DNA from: Christensenellaceae bacterium
GTDB lineage: Bacteria > Bacillota > Clostridia > Christensenellales > SZUA-584
Direction of reading: 5' to 3'
Assembly: GCA_963666505.2 (NCBI GenBank)
Contig: CAXXXL010000005.1
Span: 15,566-79,565 of the forward strand
Length of the DNA stretch: 64,000 nt
Position 1 is the stretch's first letter; each line of letters begins with the position of its first letter. This document shows, piece by piece, positions 10,058-20,542 of this stretch. The position numbers and the translations under genes were made by a program. The notes under the pieces are model-generated. The model ran no database searches and was not told the origin of the DNA. It worked only from the letters and a program-made list of their open reading frames with translations.

Positions 10058-11854
10058 TTGTTTTTAAGGAGACTTCGTAAAAATCTGAAGGGAGTCGAGC
10101 TTGGCTATAAGCTATTAGCCTTGTTTCTTATAGTTTTCATTTTTCCGCTTGTTTTATTTGGCTTACTGTCATACCAAAATCTAAACAAAACACTTCAAAA
10201 AAATGCCATTGATTACAACAATGATAAAATCGTACAGGTAAACGCAAAAATCGATGATTTTTTTGAAGAGCTCAACACAACGGTAAATTCTCTTCAGGCA
10301 GATTATGGGTTTATAAACAATGTGCTGATGCAGGAATCAGACTTTGAATCAACTATAGATTATATAAACAGAGATGAGAGCATATACAATAAAATAAGCA
10401 ACATACTAATTCAAAACAATGAGCTGGTTTCTGTCTATGTATATGTAGACGGCGGCGATGCGTTTTACATAAACTTTCACTCTTCTATCGATACAGAGTA
10501 TTCACCGGAGTCGGAAAGCTGGTATAAACGTCTGATTTCCGGTTCAGGAGAGCCGGTTCTATTACAAAAGATGACGGATAAGCAGTCAGAAGATAAAACA
10601 AAGGTCGTTCCTTACGTAAGCATCATCAGACCAGGGACAGAGGAGGAAAACCAGGAGACGAAAATAGTACTACAACTGAATATTTCTCAGGATTTTACAA
10701 CTGAGTTTATTGAAACGCCGACAAATTAAGCTACAGAACTTTATATACTTGAAGCGAACAAGAGGATACTCGTAAGCTCCGCAAATCCCACAATAGAAAA
10801 CATGGGATCGGCAGGGTTCGACTTCAGGATGGTTCATGGTGTAGATTTAAATGCAAGATACGGAAACGAAAGGCTTCTTGTTTCGCACATTATAAATGAT
10901 GAATCCGGGCTTATAGTAGCCGCAATTTCAAACAATGAAATTATAATGGATGCCAGCAAGGATTACAGGACAACACTTATATTGTTCACTGCTGCCATGC
11001 TGATACTGTTTATAATAGTATCCGTGGTAATCTCCATTGGTGTGTCACGGCCGATTAAAAACCTGAAAAAACTAATCGGAGACGTTGAAAAGGGGAATCT
11101 CGAAGCAATACAGAAGAGCTCAATAGGAGGCAGCTCGTGGCTTATGTCTGCCCATTTTGATCAGTATGTGAAAACTATAAACGAACTTTTAAAACAGATA
11201 AACGAACATATAAACAAACGCCACGAGCAGGAAATAAAGATACTGCAAGCACAGATAAATCCGCATTTTATATATAATACGCTCAACACCATAAAGTGGC
11301 TCGCAAAGTTCGAGGGCAACGAGAAAACTGAAGAAGGTATAACAGCGCTAATACAGCTTCTTAAATCCACAATCCAGTTCGGACGAAACTTTACGTCGAT
11401 AGAGGAAGAGCTGCAGCAGATAAACGACTATATTAAGATACAGATGCTGAGGTATGACGATTCGTTTAGCGTAAAAATCGAAGCAGATAAAAAGCTGTAT
11501 AAATATAAGACGCTTAAGTTCATGCTCCAGCCGATTGTCGAAAACGCTATATTCCATGGCATTGACCACGAAAAGAAAAATGGACTAATAGAAATTAAAA
11601 TAGTTAAGGAAAACAATGATATAATATATACTATAAGTGACAACGGCTGTGGAATGAATGAAAAGCAGATTTCAGTTCTCACGGCGAAGGCAAAAAACAA
11701 TACCTTTACAGGAATAGGCATTCAGAATGTTTCAGAGCGTATAAAGAAATACTTCGGTGAAAAATACGGCATAAAGATACTGTCGAAAAAAGGAGAGGGA
11801 ACTAAAATAATAGCTACGGTTCCCGCGCTTCTATATGAGCAAGAGAAAGAATAA
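10058..11854 (+). pseudogene. YesM/LytS-type sensor histidine kinase interrupted by an in-frame TAA
   Basis: ORFs 10058-10729 and 10802-11854 share one frame. They are separated only by TAA at 10727-10729, with no other stop in the 72 nt between them. Joined length is about 598 aa: TM, extracytoplasmic domain, TM, HAMP, His_kinase motif (QINPHFIYNTLN) and HATPase_c. Confidence 0.8.
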
Positions 11855-11887
11855 AAAGTAACAATTCTGTTTATTGAGAGGGCGAGA

Positions 11888-13444
11888 ATGAAGATTTTAG
11901 TAGTTGACGATGAGCCTCTTGTAAGAAGAGGAATAATCAGCATGCTGGAGCAGGACATAGAAGACGCCGAAATAGTTGGAGAGGCCGGAACTGGAAACGC
12001 TGCAATCAAAATAATCGAAAAAGAAAACCCTGAAGTGGTTCTGACAGATATAATAATGCCTTCGATGAATGGTATCGAGCTTCTAAAATGGACTATGCTT
12101 CATAGGCCTGAGATTAAGTCAGTCGTTCTTAGCTGCCATCAGGAGTTTCAGTATGTTAAAGATGCGTTTCTTTACGGTGCTGTAGACTACGTTTTAAAAT
12201 ATGATATTGACAAGCAGGCGCTTATAGAGATGATAGAGACGCTGCAAAAAGCGCTTGTGGAAGATAAAAAGATAGCGGGAACTGAACAGGCAGATTTTTT
12301 TGATAACGACCTTGATATGATAAAAAGCAGCTTTATTAGGAATATTATCAATGGGCGGATAGTCGAAGAAGCGGAGATATTCAGCAAGGCAAAAAAATAT
12401 CAGCTTTCTATAAACTTAATTGAACCCTCATATATTTTAAGTATAGCTATAGACAACAAGCAAAGTGTCGGCAAAGAGAAAAAAGACAAGTACGTAAAAG
12501 AATTCCAGGGTATAGCGAAATCAGTGTTGTTGGAAAGCTGCGGCTTCGAACTAGTATACGAAGGACAGCATAGTTTTATAGTGATTCTGCAGCCAAAGAC
12601 AGATGATTTTTCAATAAACAGCGCATGCACCACGCTGCAGTGTAAAATAGAATCAAGCTTTAATATCGGCTTGTCCATAGGGATATCGCAAAGCGGAAAC
12701 AACTTTAAGCACTATGCTGAGATGCTCTCTTCGGCCAAGAAGGCTCTGGAACAGAAATTTTTCAAGGATAGCTCAAGCATAGTTTTTTCCGAAGATTTCG
12801 GTCAGCAGATGGACGATACTCAGGCAAAAAACGTAAAGAAAAGTATAATACAGAGCATAGGAGAGTCGAATCTTAGCGATGCGTTGCTAAAGCTGGGGAC
12901 TCTTTATAAACTGCTTAAAGATACTGAATGCTGCACAGTGCTTCAGGCAAAGCTTATATATATATCATTGGAAGAAGCGCTCGTTAATTCAGTAAAAGAT
13001 CAGATAAAGGACATAACGACAAGCAATAAGGAAATATTGGAGAGTGAATTTCTATATGATTTGAACGAGCTTTTAAAAGAAAAGCTGGTATCGGCTGCAA
13101 ACCGGGTAATAAGAATAGTCGACATAAAAGAATGCTCGAGCCCAACACATAAAACAGTAGTTTATATTAATTCATATTACTCCGACAATACAATAAGCTT
13201 GGAGTTGATAGCGGGCAAGTTCGGGTATACTCCTGCATACCTTAGTAGGCTGTTTAAAAAAGAAACCGGCAAGAATCTTGTTGACTATGTAAACGAAGTT
13301 CGAATATACGCAGCTAAAAAGCTGCTCAGGCAGACGGATAAAAAAGTATACGAGGTTGCAGAACAGGTTGGATACAGCAATTATAACTATTTCAGCAAGG
13401 TTTTTAAGCAGTACGAGGGAGTCTCACCGTCAGAATTTTCGTAA
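11888..13444 (+). CDS. YesN-type response regulator (receiver + AraC-family HTH)
   Basis: Receiver motif MKILVVDDEP...VVLTDIIMPSMNG. The C-terminal AraC HTH ends ...GYSNYNYFSKVFKQYEGVSPSEF. Confidence 0.9.
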   Translation: MKILVVDDEPLVRRGIISMLEQDIEDAEIVGEAGTGNAAIKIIEKENPEVVLTDIIMPSMNGIELLKWTMLHRPEIKSVVLSCHQEFQYVKDAFLYGAVDYVLKYDIDKQALIEMIETLQKALVEDKKIAGTEQADFFDNDLDMIKSSFIRNIINGRIVEEAEIFSKAKKYQLSINLIEPSYILSIAIDNKQSVGKEKKDKYVKEFQGIAKSVLLESCGFELVYEGQHSFIVILQPKTDDFSINSACTTLQCKIESSFNIGLSIGISQSGNNFKHYAEMLSSAKKALEQKFFKDSSSIVFSEDFGQQMDDTQAKNVKKSIIQSIGESNLSDALLKLGTLYKLLKDTECCTVLQAKLIYISLEEALVNSVKDQIKDITTSNKEILESEFLYDLNELLKEKLVSAANRVIRIVDIKECSSPTHKTVVYINSYYSDNTISLELIAGKFGYTPAYLSRLFKKETGKNLVDYVNEVRIYAAKKLLRQTDKKVYEVAEQVGYSNYNYFSKVFKQYEGVSPSEFS

Positions 13445-13459
13445 GAGAAAACAATATAC

Positions 13460-13490
13460 AGAGCCTGTATACACGCAGGCTCTTTTTTTA
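13460..13490 (+). terminator. rho-independent terminator
   Basis: GAGCCTG (13461-13467), loop, CAGGCTC (13476-13482), then TTTTTTT. Confidence 0.6.
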
Positions 13491-13649
13491 TGCATTTTTT
13501 TGATATTTTGATGTTTTATCAGCAACAGAGGCGTTTTGGAAATAAAAATAGATATCTTTTGGGGTGATAATGTTAATTCAATTTTTAGCTCTTTTCAAAT
13601 ACCATTTATGACAGGATTGTATCCTATTAAAAAATTAGGAGGAAAAGAC

Positions 13650-14645
13650 ATGAGGAAAATCTTAAGTATTTTACTGGCGGTTGCCATGCTTGCTATCATC
13701 TTCTCTGGTTGTGCACAGGAAGCAGCAACAGACATGGATGCCGCTGATACGGCAGACTACAGCGACGAGCTATACATAGGTGTATACTGCCTCGGTGATC
13801 TTGAGTATTTCTATGATCACAAGATTGGTCTTGCTGCAGCAGGAGAGATGATGGGTGTTCAGACTAAGTATGTTGGCCCGCCGGACTACGACATTGATGC
13901 GATGGTTACTGCATTTGAGCAGGCGATTGCAGAACAGCCGGACGGAATAATCACATTTGGTGCAGAAGCGGCGCTAGCGCCTGTTATAGATAAAGCGGAA
14001 GCAGCAGGTATACCAGTCATAACAGTTGACGGCGATGTATCGGCTTCAAACAGAACAAGCTTTGTTGGCACAGGCAACTATTCAGCCGGATACCTTGGCG
14101 GCACAAAGCTCGGCGAAACGCTTGACGGCGAAGGTTCAGTTATAATCCTCACAGAACCGGGAGTGGAGCTTCATGACGAAAGAGCTCAAGGGTATACGGA
14201 CGCTCTTGGTGAGTTTGGCGGAATAGAGGTAGTGCAGGTTGGAGATACAAAAGCAGACCCGGTCCACACTCTCCAGATAGTAGCGGCAATGCTGCAGCAG
14301 TATCCTGACATCGACGGTATAGGCTGCACAGACGCAGTCGGCGGCGCAGCAGCAGCAACGGCTGTAGAGGAAGCTGGCCTTGCAGGGCAGGTAAAGATAA
14401 TATCCATGGACAGAGACAGAACAGTGCTTGAAAAGATAGGTGAAGGAGTTGTAACTGGAACGATAGTTCAGAAATCCGCCATGATGCCTTTCTATGCACT
14501 GCAGATACTCTTTGCAATGAAGCATGCAAACGTTGAGATTTCAACAGACAACGCTGCAGCTGGCATTACACTCGCTCCGAATTCAATCGACACGGGTGTT
14601 ATCTATGTAGATGAAACAAATGCAGAGTTCTTCATAAGAGACTAG
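13650..14645 (+). CDS. sugar ABC transporter substrate-binding lipoprotein
   Basis: AGGAGG at 13637-13642. Lipoprotein signal MRKILSILLAVAMLAIIFSGC. Type-1 periplasmic-binding fold. The track start at 13536 (TTG) is unlikely. Confidence 0.9.
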   Translation: MRKILSILLAVAMLAIIFSGCAQEAATDMDAADTADYSDELYIGVYCLGDLEYFYDHKIGLAAAGEMMGVQTKYVGPPDYDIDAMVTAFEQAIAEQPDGIITFGAEAALAPVIDKAEAAGIPVITVDGDVSASNRTSFVGTGNYSAGYLGGTKLGETLDGEGSVIILTEPGVELHDERAQGYTDALGEFGGIEVVQVGDTKADPVHTLQIVAAMLQQYPDIDGIGCTDAVGGAAAATAVEEAGLAGQVKIISMDRDRTVLEKIGEGVVTGTIVQKSAMMPFYALQILFAMKHANVEISTDNAAAGITLAPNSIDTGVIYVDETNAEFFIRD

Positions 14646-14680
14646 GACGAAGTAACTAACTAAATTAACAATTGGAACGG

Positions 14681-14715
14681 CGGGAGGCATGGCTCTGTCA
14701 CGCCTCCCGATTTTG
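14681..14715 (+). terminator. intra-operon stem-loop / weak terminator after the binding-protein gene
   Basis: CGGGAGGC (14681-14688) pairs with GCCTCCCG (14702-14709) and is followed by ATTTTG. Confidence 0.5.
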
Positions 14716-14736
14716 TAAAAGGAGATTTTCGTTATT

Positions 14737-16245
14737 ATGCAGGAAAACTATGTACTTGAAGCAAAAGGCATATCAAAGCTTTTCCCCGGTGTGCTGGCTC
14801 TGGATAAGGTTGACTTTAAACTGAGAAAAAGCGAAGTACATGCAGTAGTAGGAGAGAACGGTGCCGGCAAGTCAACACTTATGCATGTTCTTGGTGGCAT
14901 ACATAGGCCAAACAACGGTCATATCTTTATGAACGGCGAAGAGATAGTATGCAAAAGCCCGACTGATGCACAGGAACAAGGGATAGGGATAGTGTTCCAA
15001 GAGCTTTCGCTTATACCAGAGCTGAGCGTAGCGGAAAACATATTCACGAAGAACCAGCCGGCTAATAAGCTTGGTATAATATCAAAAGAAAAACTAAAAA
15101 TGCAGACAAAAAAGTTACTAGAGACATTTAAAGAAGACATTAATCCGCTGATGCCCGTTAAGTTCCTTACCATAGCAAAGCAGCAGGTGGTTGAAATATT
15201 AAAAGCTATATCCACTAAACCAAAGGTGCTTATACTTGACGAGCCTACGTCATCGCTGACACAGGTAGAAACAATGAGGCTATTCGAGAATATCCGGACG
15301 CTTAAAAACTCAGGTATATCAATAATTTATATATCCCATCACCTTCAGGAGATTTTCGAGATAGCCGACAGGGCTACAGTCCTAAAAGACGGGAAATTCG
15401 TAGATACGGTAAACACCAGTGATGTGGATGAAGAAAGAATAGTAAGCCTGATGGTAGGCAGAGACGTATCACATGAATATGTAGACAGGCAAAATAAAAT
15501 AGATTATAAAAAAGTGGTTCTTGAAACTAAAGCTCTTACTCATGAATCGCTTTTCAGAGATATTTCTATAGAAGTGCACGCAGGAGAGATACTCGGAATG
15601 GCAGGTCTCATCGGAGCAGGACGTAGTGAATTCGCCCGGACGCTCTTTGGTCTGGATAAAGCAAAGTCAGGGGAAGTTTTTCTTGAAGGCAGGCCAATTA
15701 AAGCCAGCTCCTCAACCGAAGCAATCGGTCTTGGGATAGCGTACACATCAGAGAACAGGAAGCTTGAAGGCCTTTATCTTAATTCAACTATAAAAGAAAA
15801 CTGCGTGTCCCCAAGGCTCGACAGGTTTTCAAAAAAAATCCTTGGTATTCTCGATAACAAGCTGATGGAGGATTATGCAAAGATGTGTGTTGAAAAGTTC
15901 AATATATCGACGCCGTCCATAGGTCAGTTTGCAAGGAATCTTTCGGGCGGCAACCAGCAGAAAGTGCTCTTGTCGATGTGGCTTGGCATCCAGCCAAAGG
16001 TGCTTATAGCGGACGAGCCGACAAAGGGCGTGGATGTTGGCGCCAAAGCAGAGATATACGAGATACTAAAAAAGCTTGCAGACTCAGGAGTCGCAGTTAT
16101 AGTAATATCTTCAGACCTCTTAGAGGTTCTCAGCATAAGCGACAACATTGTAGTGATGAAAAGTGGCAGGATTGTCGGCGAAATGAACAATAAAGAAGCA
16201 AACGAAGAAAACATAATTTCATACGCTACAGGCGTTAGAGTTTAG
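14737..16245 (+). CDS. sugar ABC transporter ATP-binding protein (duplicated NBD, RbsA/MglA/XylG type)
   Basis: Walker A GENGAGKST, LSGGNQQK signature in the second NBD, and Walker B ILDEPT / IADEPT. Confidence 0.95.
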   Translation: MQENYVLEAKGISKLFPGVLALDKVDFKLRKSEVHAVVGENGAGKSTLMHVLGGIHRPNNGHIFMNGEEIVCKSPTDAQEQGIGIVFQELSLIPELSVAENIFTKNQPANKLGIISKEKLKMQTKKLLETFKEDINPLMPVKFLTIAKQQVVEILKAISTKPKVLILDEPTSSLTQVETMRLFENIRTLKNSGISIIYISHHLQEIFEIADRATVLKDGKFVDTVNTSDVDEERIVSLMVGRDVSHEYVDRQNKIDYKKVVLETKALTHESLFRDISIEVHAGEILGMAGLIGAGRSEFARTLFGLDKAKSGEVFLEGRPIKASSSTEAIGLGIAYTSENRKLEGLYLNSTIKENCVSPRLDRFSKKILGILDNKLMEDYAKMCVEKFNISTPSIGQFARNLSGGNQQKVLLSMWLGIQPKVLIADEPTKGVDVGAKAEIYEILKKLADSGVAVIVISSDLLEVLSISDNIVVMKSGRIVGEMNNKEANEENIISYATGVRV

Positions 16246-16262
16246 TATTGGAGGAGACAGAC

Positions 16263-17258
16263 ATGATTAAAGTAAAGGATTGGGTCAAAAAAATATTTGA
16301 AGCAAGAGAGTCCGTGCTGGTGGTGCTTATAATACTAGGTTCGATAGTACTCAGTATCGTTTCAAAAAAGTTTTTTACATTCGGCAATATTAAAGCGATT
16401 TTCCTGGGTCTCAGCGTTGAAGCGATGATAGCGGCAGGTATGGCAGTGCTTCTTGTATCGGGCGGTCTCGATTTATCGATAGGTTCAACAATGGCGCTCT
16501 CGGGCGTAATCACATGTTTGTTCATCAACAGCGGTGTGCCTGTAGTAATAAGTATAATAATCGGCCTGCTCATTGGCGCCCTTATCGGCCTTATAAGCGG
16601 CACGATAATATCAAGGTGGAATATAAATCCGTTTATTGTTACGCTTGGGATGATGCAGATCATCAGGGGTTTCGTACTCATTTTTGCAAAGGGTGTCACG
16701 GTAATAAACCTTCCGGATTCATATAAAGCTATAGGACAGGGTTTGGTAGGGGGAGCAAACGGAATACAGATACCTATAATAATCACTCTGGCAATAGTAA
16801 TAATTTTCGATCTATTGCTAAGAAAAACGAAATTTTTCAGGCAGAGCTATTACGTCGGCGGCAACGAAAAAGCTGCAATTATGACGGGTATAAAAGTTAA
16901 GAAAGTCAAGATAACCAACTATATCATTGTAAGCGTTCTTGCAGCGCTTGCGGGTATAGTTATGTCAGCGAGGCTGTCAAGTGCTTCAACAAACATAGGG
17001 CAGGGTCTGGAGATGAAGGTAATAACAGCATGCGTGATCGGCGGGGCCAGTCTTTCCGGCGGAGAAGGAACGGTTCTCGGTGCTTTCCTTGGTTCGCTAC
17101 TTATGGCGATAATAATCAACGCTCTTAATATGATGGGCGTTGATGTATACTGGCAGAACGTTATGACTGGTGCAATACTAATATTTGCAGTAGTTCTTGA
17201 TACAGTTCTGAAGCGCAGGCGAGAAAATGCCGTCAATGTCGTAAAAGTCAAGGCATAG
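16263..17258 (+). CDS. sugar ABC transporter permease (RbsC/XylH family)
   Basis: About ten hydrophobic segments and the conserved VIGGASLSGGEGTVLG motif. GAGGAG at 16251-16256 favours the ATG at 16263. Confidence 0.9.
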   Translation: MIKVKDWVKKIFEARESVLVVLIILGSIVLSIVSKKFFTFGNIKAIFLGLSVEAMIAAGMAVLLVSGGLDLSIGSTMALSGVITCLFINSGVPVVISIIIGLLIGALIGLISGTIISRWNINPFIVTLGMMQIIRGFVLIFAKGVTVINLPDSYKAIGQGLVGGANGIQIPIIITLAIVIIFDLLLRKTKFFRQSYYVGGNEKAAIMTGIKVKKVKITNYIIVSVLAALAGIVMSARLSSASTNIGQGLEMKVITACVIGGASLSGGEGTVLGAFLGSLLMAIIINALNMMGVDVYWQNVMTGAILIFAVVLDTVLKRRRENAVNVVKVKA

Positions 17259-17288
17259 TTTCACCGCTTATTTGGATTTAAAGGGGGC

Positions 17289-17413
17289 AGTTTATAAGAC
17301 TTAAAGACAAGGTTTGTGTAGTGACAGGATGCAGAGAATTAATTTGCAAAGAGATTGTTTTAAGACTTACTCAGGAAGGCGGAAAAGTTGTGTGCCTCTC
17401 TAGAAGGACACTC
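17289..17413 (+). pseudogene. degenerate copy of the 5' end of the SDR gene at 24191
   Basis: The 125 bp align position-for-position with 24186-24310, with about 19 mismatches by hand count. The ATG is changed to ATA. Both copies lie directly after a permease stop codon. Confidence 0.75.
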
Positions 17414-17445
17414 TGTATTATGAACCGGTTGTTGAGGTAACGAAT

Positions 17446-19383
17446 ATGTATTTATCAAAAAAGTCATTTGTAACAGAGCTGATGCGGATGAACGAAGAGA
17501 GTATTTCAATGAAAGCCGATGTGTATAGTTTTGATAAAGATGATGATAATAGTACCGTTGTATTGTCGAAAAAGCTCGCAGGTATTGAAAATATTTATAT
17601 TCAATCCGTAGATCATCCCCAGGGGATCGAAGGCATAAGACACTCAAATGATTTTTTTGAAATACTGTATTCACCTTCCGGGGATATAACTTTAGAAATA
17701 TACGGCCGGGAAGAAGTGCTGAATAAAAACGAAACGCTTTTTTTAAACAAAAATGTAGTTTATAAGGTGAGCAAAGTTCTGAGCGATACTGACCTTCTCT
17801 GTCATGTTTTTGTGAATGAAGAATTGTTCGATGACGATTTTTTTCATCTGCTGCAGGAAAATAATGTTTTTTCGCTGTTTATAGTCAAATCCATGTTACT
17901 TTCGAGCATGTATAAGGACTATATAAAGACAAAAAATATTGATAAAACTGTATTTATATTGTTGGATCTTCTGCGAAGGCAAACAAAATATAAAAACAGC
18001 AGTAGAGAAATTTTAATTTCTTATTGTGCCATATTATTCGACAAACTTAAGGATTTTGAAAACAATCTGCTTGAAACGGATGAGTTTATCTGTTATTACA
18101 GAAAAAATGCTCAGATATTAAGGATAATCGGCTATATACGAAAGAATTATCAAAATGCTGATTTAAAATCGGTTGCTGAGAACGTACATCTGCACTCCAA
18201 CTATTTATGCAATCTTGTAAAGTCTGTGACCGGAAAAACATTTACGGAACTGCTTAACAGCATCAAAGTTCAAGCAGCGAAATATATGCTTGAAAGCACA
18301 GATTTGAGTATTGAATATGTCTCCGCAGCCGTTGGCTACGACAACACCAGCTACTTTTATAAAACCTTTAAAAAAATCATAGGGAAAACACCGGGCGAAT
18401 GCAGAATAGACGGCTGCCAAAAGCAAAACAACCCTATTGCGTATACAAAAAGTATATATTCAGCAAGCTACAATGATATTGCATACCTCACATCGCACAA
18501 ACTGATTTACAACAGGGATGACAATCCAAAGATTGCATTTATGCCTATGGGAACGGAATTGAATTATTATATGGTTTCGATAGAAAATGGGCTGTTTGAT
18601 GTAATTCATGATAGAAGCGTTGAATTGTATACTGCAGCTCCTAAAAACGCTGCAGACAGCAAAAAGCAAATCAAAATACTCAAAGAAGTGATAGAACAAA
18701 AGCCACATGCAATTATTATTTGCTCACATGATCTTTATCTAGCGGCGCCGCTTTTTCGAAAGGCGATAGAGACGGGCATCGCAATTTGTCTGATAAACCA
18801 TGACAATATTAATTTGCCGGTACCTGTTCATGCAGTTGTAGGGTATAGGCAAAAGGAAGCGACAAGAAGAATGGGGGCATATATTACAGAAAAGTTTTGC
18901 AGCGGTAATGTAAAGGCAGGGATTATTAGGGGCGTTCCGGGATATCATTCAACAGAAAGATTCATGGGCTTTATTGAGCCGCTGGCAGGCAGAGAGAACT
19001 TCAGCATCACATCAATACAAAACGGACTTTGGACGGAGCAGAGCGGCTTTGACACAGCGCATCAGATGCTGCTTGAACATCCGGAAATAAATCTCATTTT
19101 TGCAGAAAATGACCATCAGGCTGTAGGCGCCATCAAGGCTGCAAGACAATTGAGACGGCTGGATGTAAAAATTTTCGGACACGACGGGGCAGTTTCCGGG
19201 CTCAGAAACATTGTGTCCGGCCGACTTACAGCAACAACCGACACCCATCCTGTGGAAATGGGAAACATGGCTATCATGTCGGTGCTAAATTGTCTTGACG
19301 GAAATATTACAGGAAGCTTTATAGAAACTCCGACGGATATAGTGGATAAAAGAAATGTTGTAACGGCGCTTGTGAATAATTAA
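17446..19383 (+). CDS. three-module transcriptional regulator: AraC-type cupin + AraC HTH + C-terminal periplasmic-binding-protein-like (LacI-type) sugar-binding domain
   Basis: About aa 40-130 resemble an AraC ligand-binding cupin. About aa 215-320 form a double HTH (…GYDNTSYFYKTFKKIIGKTPGECR). About aa 340-645 are Peripla_BP-like (…IAFMPMGTELNYY…, IFAENDHQAVGAIKAARQ…). Confidence 0.8.
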   Translation: MYLSKKSFVTELMRMNEESISMKADVYSFDKDDDNSTVVLSKKLAGIENIYIQSVDHPQGIEGIRHSNDFFEILYSPSGDITLEIYGREEVLNKNETLFLNKNVVYKVSKVLSDTDLLCHVFVNEELFDDDFFHLLQENNVFSLFIVKSMLLSSMYKDYIKTKNIDKTVFILLDLLRRQTKYKNSSREILISYCAILFDKLKDFENNLLETDEFICYYRKNAQILRIIGYIRKNYQNADLKSVAENVHLHSNYLCNLVKSVTGKTFTELLNSIKVQAAKYMLESTDLSIEYVSAAVGYDNTSYFYKTFKKIIGKTPGECRIDGCQKQNNPIAYTKSIYSASYNDIAYLTSHKLIYNRDDNPKIAFMPMGTELNYYMVSIENGLFDVIHDRSVELYTAAPKNAADSKKQIKILKEVIEQKPHAIIICSHDLYLAAPLFRKAIETGIAICLINHDNINLPVPVHAVVGYRQKEATRRMGAYITEKFCSGNVKAGIIRGVPGYHSTERFMGFIEPLAGRENFSITSIQNGLWTEQSGFDTAHQMLLEHPEINLIFAENDHQAVGAIKAARQLRRLDVKIFGHDGAVSGLRNIVSGRLTATTDTHPVEMGNMAIMSVLNCLDGNITGSFIETPTDIVDKRNVVTALVNN

Positions 19384-19580
19384 ACCCAATAAGCATGCAA
19401 AGTTTTAAGCCGATTATATTAAAACAGGACAAAAAATAGCTTTATATTAATATAGAGTATCGTTTGCTTAATATAGTTTCTTATATTTAGCAGTAACATC
19501 ATAATATAATCAGTATATCAATAGATAATATAAACATAAGACGACTGACAAGATACAAAGTAACATGAAAGGCGGCTGAG

Positions 19581-20495
19581 TTGCATAAAGTAGTGCGTGA
19601 GGTAGTAACATATAAAAACCATAAAGAATGCATTAGGCTGAATAATGGCGTAGTTGACATTGTTGTTACAGTAAGCGAGGGGCCGAGAATTATAAGATAT
19701 GGTTTTACAGGCATGCAAAACGAATTTTGTGACGATGCGCAGATGACAATGTCTGTTAATGACGGGGAATGGCGCCTTATGGGGGGGCACAGGCTGTTGC
19801 ACAGCCCTGAAGAATTTCCAAGGACATATGAACCGGATAACGAAGCTGTCAGATGGGAAAAAATACAAAACGGTGTAAGGGTGCTATATGAGCAAAACAG
19901 GATAGCCAATATAACAAAAGAAATGGAGATTACACTTTTCCCGGAGAAGACAAAAGTACAGGTTTTGCATAGGCTTATTAACAAAAACGCATGGGCTGTT
20001 AAAACCGGTCCCTGGGCCTGTACTGTGATGGCAAAAGGCGGTACAGTCATAATCCCGTTTAATTCCAGAAAAGCGCATTTTAAAAATGGAGCAGCAGATG
20101 CCCGATATGCAACATTCTGGTCGTATACTGATACAGGTGACAGCAGGGTAAAATGGGGCTCAAAATACATTGCAGTCGGCTATGACCCGGAAGTAAAAGA
20201 CAATCTTAAACTAGGGTTTTCCAATAAAGCAGGCTGGTGCGGATACATCCATCAAGATCATCTTTTTATAGTAAGAGCGGAATATATAGAAAATGCAAAA
20301 TATCCGGATAATGGCTGTTCATGCGAGGTGTTCGCATGTGACTTTATGTCCGAGATAGAGACATTAGCGCCATATAAAATACTGGCTCCGGGTGAGGAGT
20401 CAGTACACACAGAACAGTGGGAGATTCATGAGAACGTCCGCATTACATCAATGGAAGACATAGAAATTGATAAAGCAGTAAGGCAATATATTTGA
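19581..20495 (+). CDS. hypothetical protein (304 aa), family not recognised
   Basis: Long ORF with a TTG start after GAAAGGCGG, positioned between the regulator and the transporter. No motif I can name; a sugar-related role is inferred from context only. Confidence 0.55.
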   Translation: MHKVVREVVTYKNHKECIRLNNGVVDIVVTVSEGPRIIRYGFTGMQNEFCDDAQMTMSVNDGEWRLMGGHRLLHSPEEFPRTYEPDNEAVRWEKIQNGVRVLYEQNRIANITKEMEITLFPEKTKVQVLHRLINKNAWAVKTGPWACTVMAKGGTVIIPFNSRKAHFKNGAADARYATFWSYTDTGDSRVKWGSKYIAVGYDPEVKDNLKLGFSNKAGWCGYIHQDHLFIVRAEYIENAKYPDNGCSCEVFACDFMSEIETLAPYKILAPGEESVHTEQWEIHENVRITSMEDIEIDKAVRQYI

Positions 20496-20542
20496 CGTAG
20501 ACAAAATGTGTGCGTCAATAAAAGATATGTTAGGAGGAGATT

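Noticed and set aside
16235-16786. Long antisense ORFs inside well-supported genes. Examples: 16235-16786 (-) 183 aa, 19499-20170 (-) 223 aa, 23245-23817 (-) 190 aa, 23929-24456 (-) 175 aa, 24619-25479 (-) 286 aa, 26436-26957 (-) 173 aa.
   Set aside because: Each lies opposite a gene with clear family motifs. They have biased, low-complexity composition (Ser/Pro/Ile-rich), no RBS and no recognisable domain. They are typical shadow ORFs.
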